From Mustelus asterias (taxonomy: Eukaryota): 64,000 nucleotides of DNA. Shown piece after piece: positions 63,480-64,000 of the stretch. Position 1 is the stretch's first letter, and every line of letters starts with the position of its first letter. Location of the stretch: assembly GCF_964213995.1 (NCBI RefSeq), contig NC_135830.1, positions 13,640,001-13,704,000 on the forward strand. Direction: 5' to 3'. Both the position numbers and the translations under genes were made by a program. The notes under the pieces are model-generated. The model saw nothing but the letters and a program-made list of their open reading frames with translations, was not told where the DNA came from and did not search any database.

Positions 63480-64000
63480 CCAAGGTTCACCGGATTGATT
63501 GCTGTGATGAGGCAGTTGCCCTTGGATGAGGGATTCCGTGAGATGACCCTGTTCACTCTTGGGTTTGGAATAATGAGAAGTGATCTCATTGAAAAGACTG
63601 GAACGGCGAGAGAGTTCGGCAGTGTACATGCTTAGAGATTGCACCCCCCACCGCCCCCCCCCCAACCCCCCAACTCCCCGCCCCCCACCCACCGGCTGGA
63701 GTGTCGAGAACAGGACTTACATTTTCCGAATGGTGTCAGACATTTAGGACGGAGGTGAGGAGCCATTTCGTCGCTTGTGAATCTTTGGAATTATGTTGCC
63801 CAGAGGTCTGTGGATCCTCAACCAATGAGAATGTTGAAGGCTGAGATGGCGAAATTTTTGAAATCTAAGGAAATACAGTGATGACGGGATTAGATGGGAA
63901 ATTGGTGTTGAGCTGTCGATCCAACATGAGGTTATTATAGAACATAGAAAAGCTACAGAACAAACAGGCCCTTCGGGCCACACGTTGCGCCGAACATGTC
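63480..64000. mobile_element. Degenerate plus-strand CR1 3' fragment, then the tail of a minus-strand CR1 running off the window
   Basis: GTGAATCTTTGGAATT motif; ATAGAAC tail at ~63937. Confidence 0.7.

Overview
Eukaryotic genomic DNA from a cartilaginous fish, probably a carcharhiniform shark. This is inferred from HE1-type SINEs, CR1 LINEs and a VNAR-like V domain. The window is a repeat-rich mosaic with four layers. (1) A decaying tRNA cluster: two apparently intact genes (Glu-TTC and intron-containing Ile-TAT) and more than 20 pseudogenes carried on internally duplicated cassettes. (2) Antigen-receptor segments: an apparently functional TCR alpha/delta-type V with leader and 23-RSS, a head-to-head frameshifted V, a third V relic, and a degenerate, already VDJ-joined IgNAR/NAR-TCR-like exon. 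(3) An intact two-exon GPR139/142-like GPCR gene. (4) Many CR1 and Rex1-type LINE copies, SINEs, and Penelope-type termini with hammerhead-ribozyme cores. The most notable observations are the germline-joined VNAR-like exon next to an ~850-bp fold-back minisatellite, three tRNA genes split by retro-insertions in their loops, two tRNA-Pro copies with an insert at the canonical 37/38 intron site, and a divergent U2-like sequence. All family assignments were made by eye against remembered consensus sequences; no searches were run.
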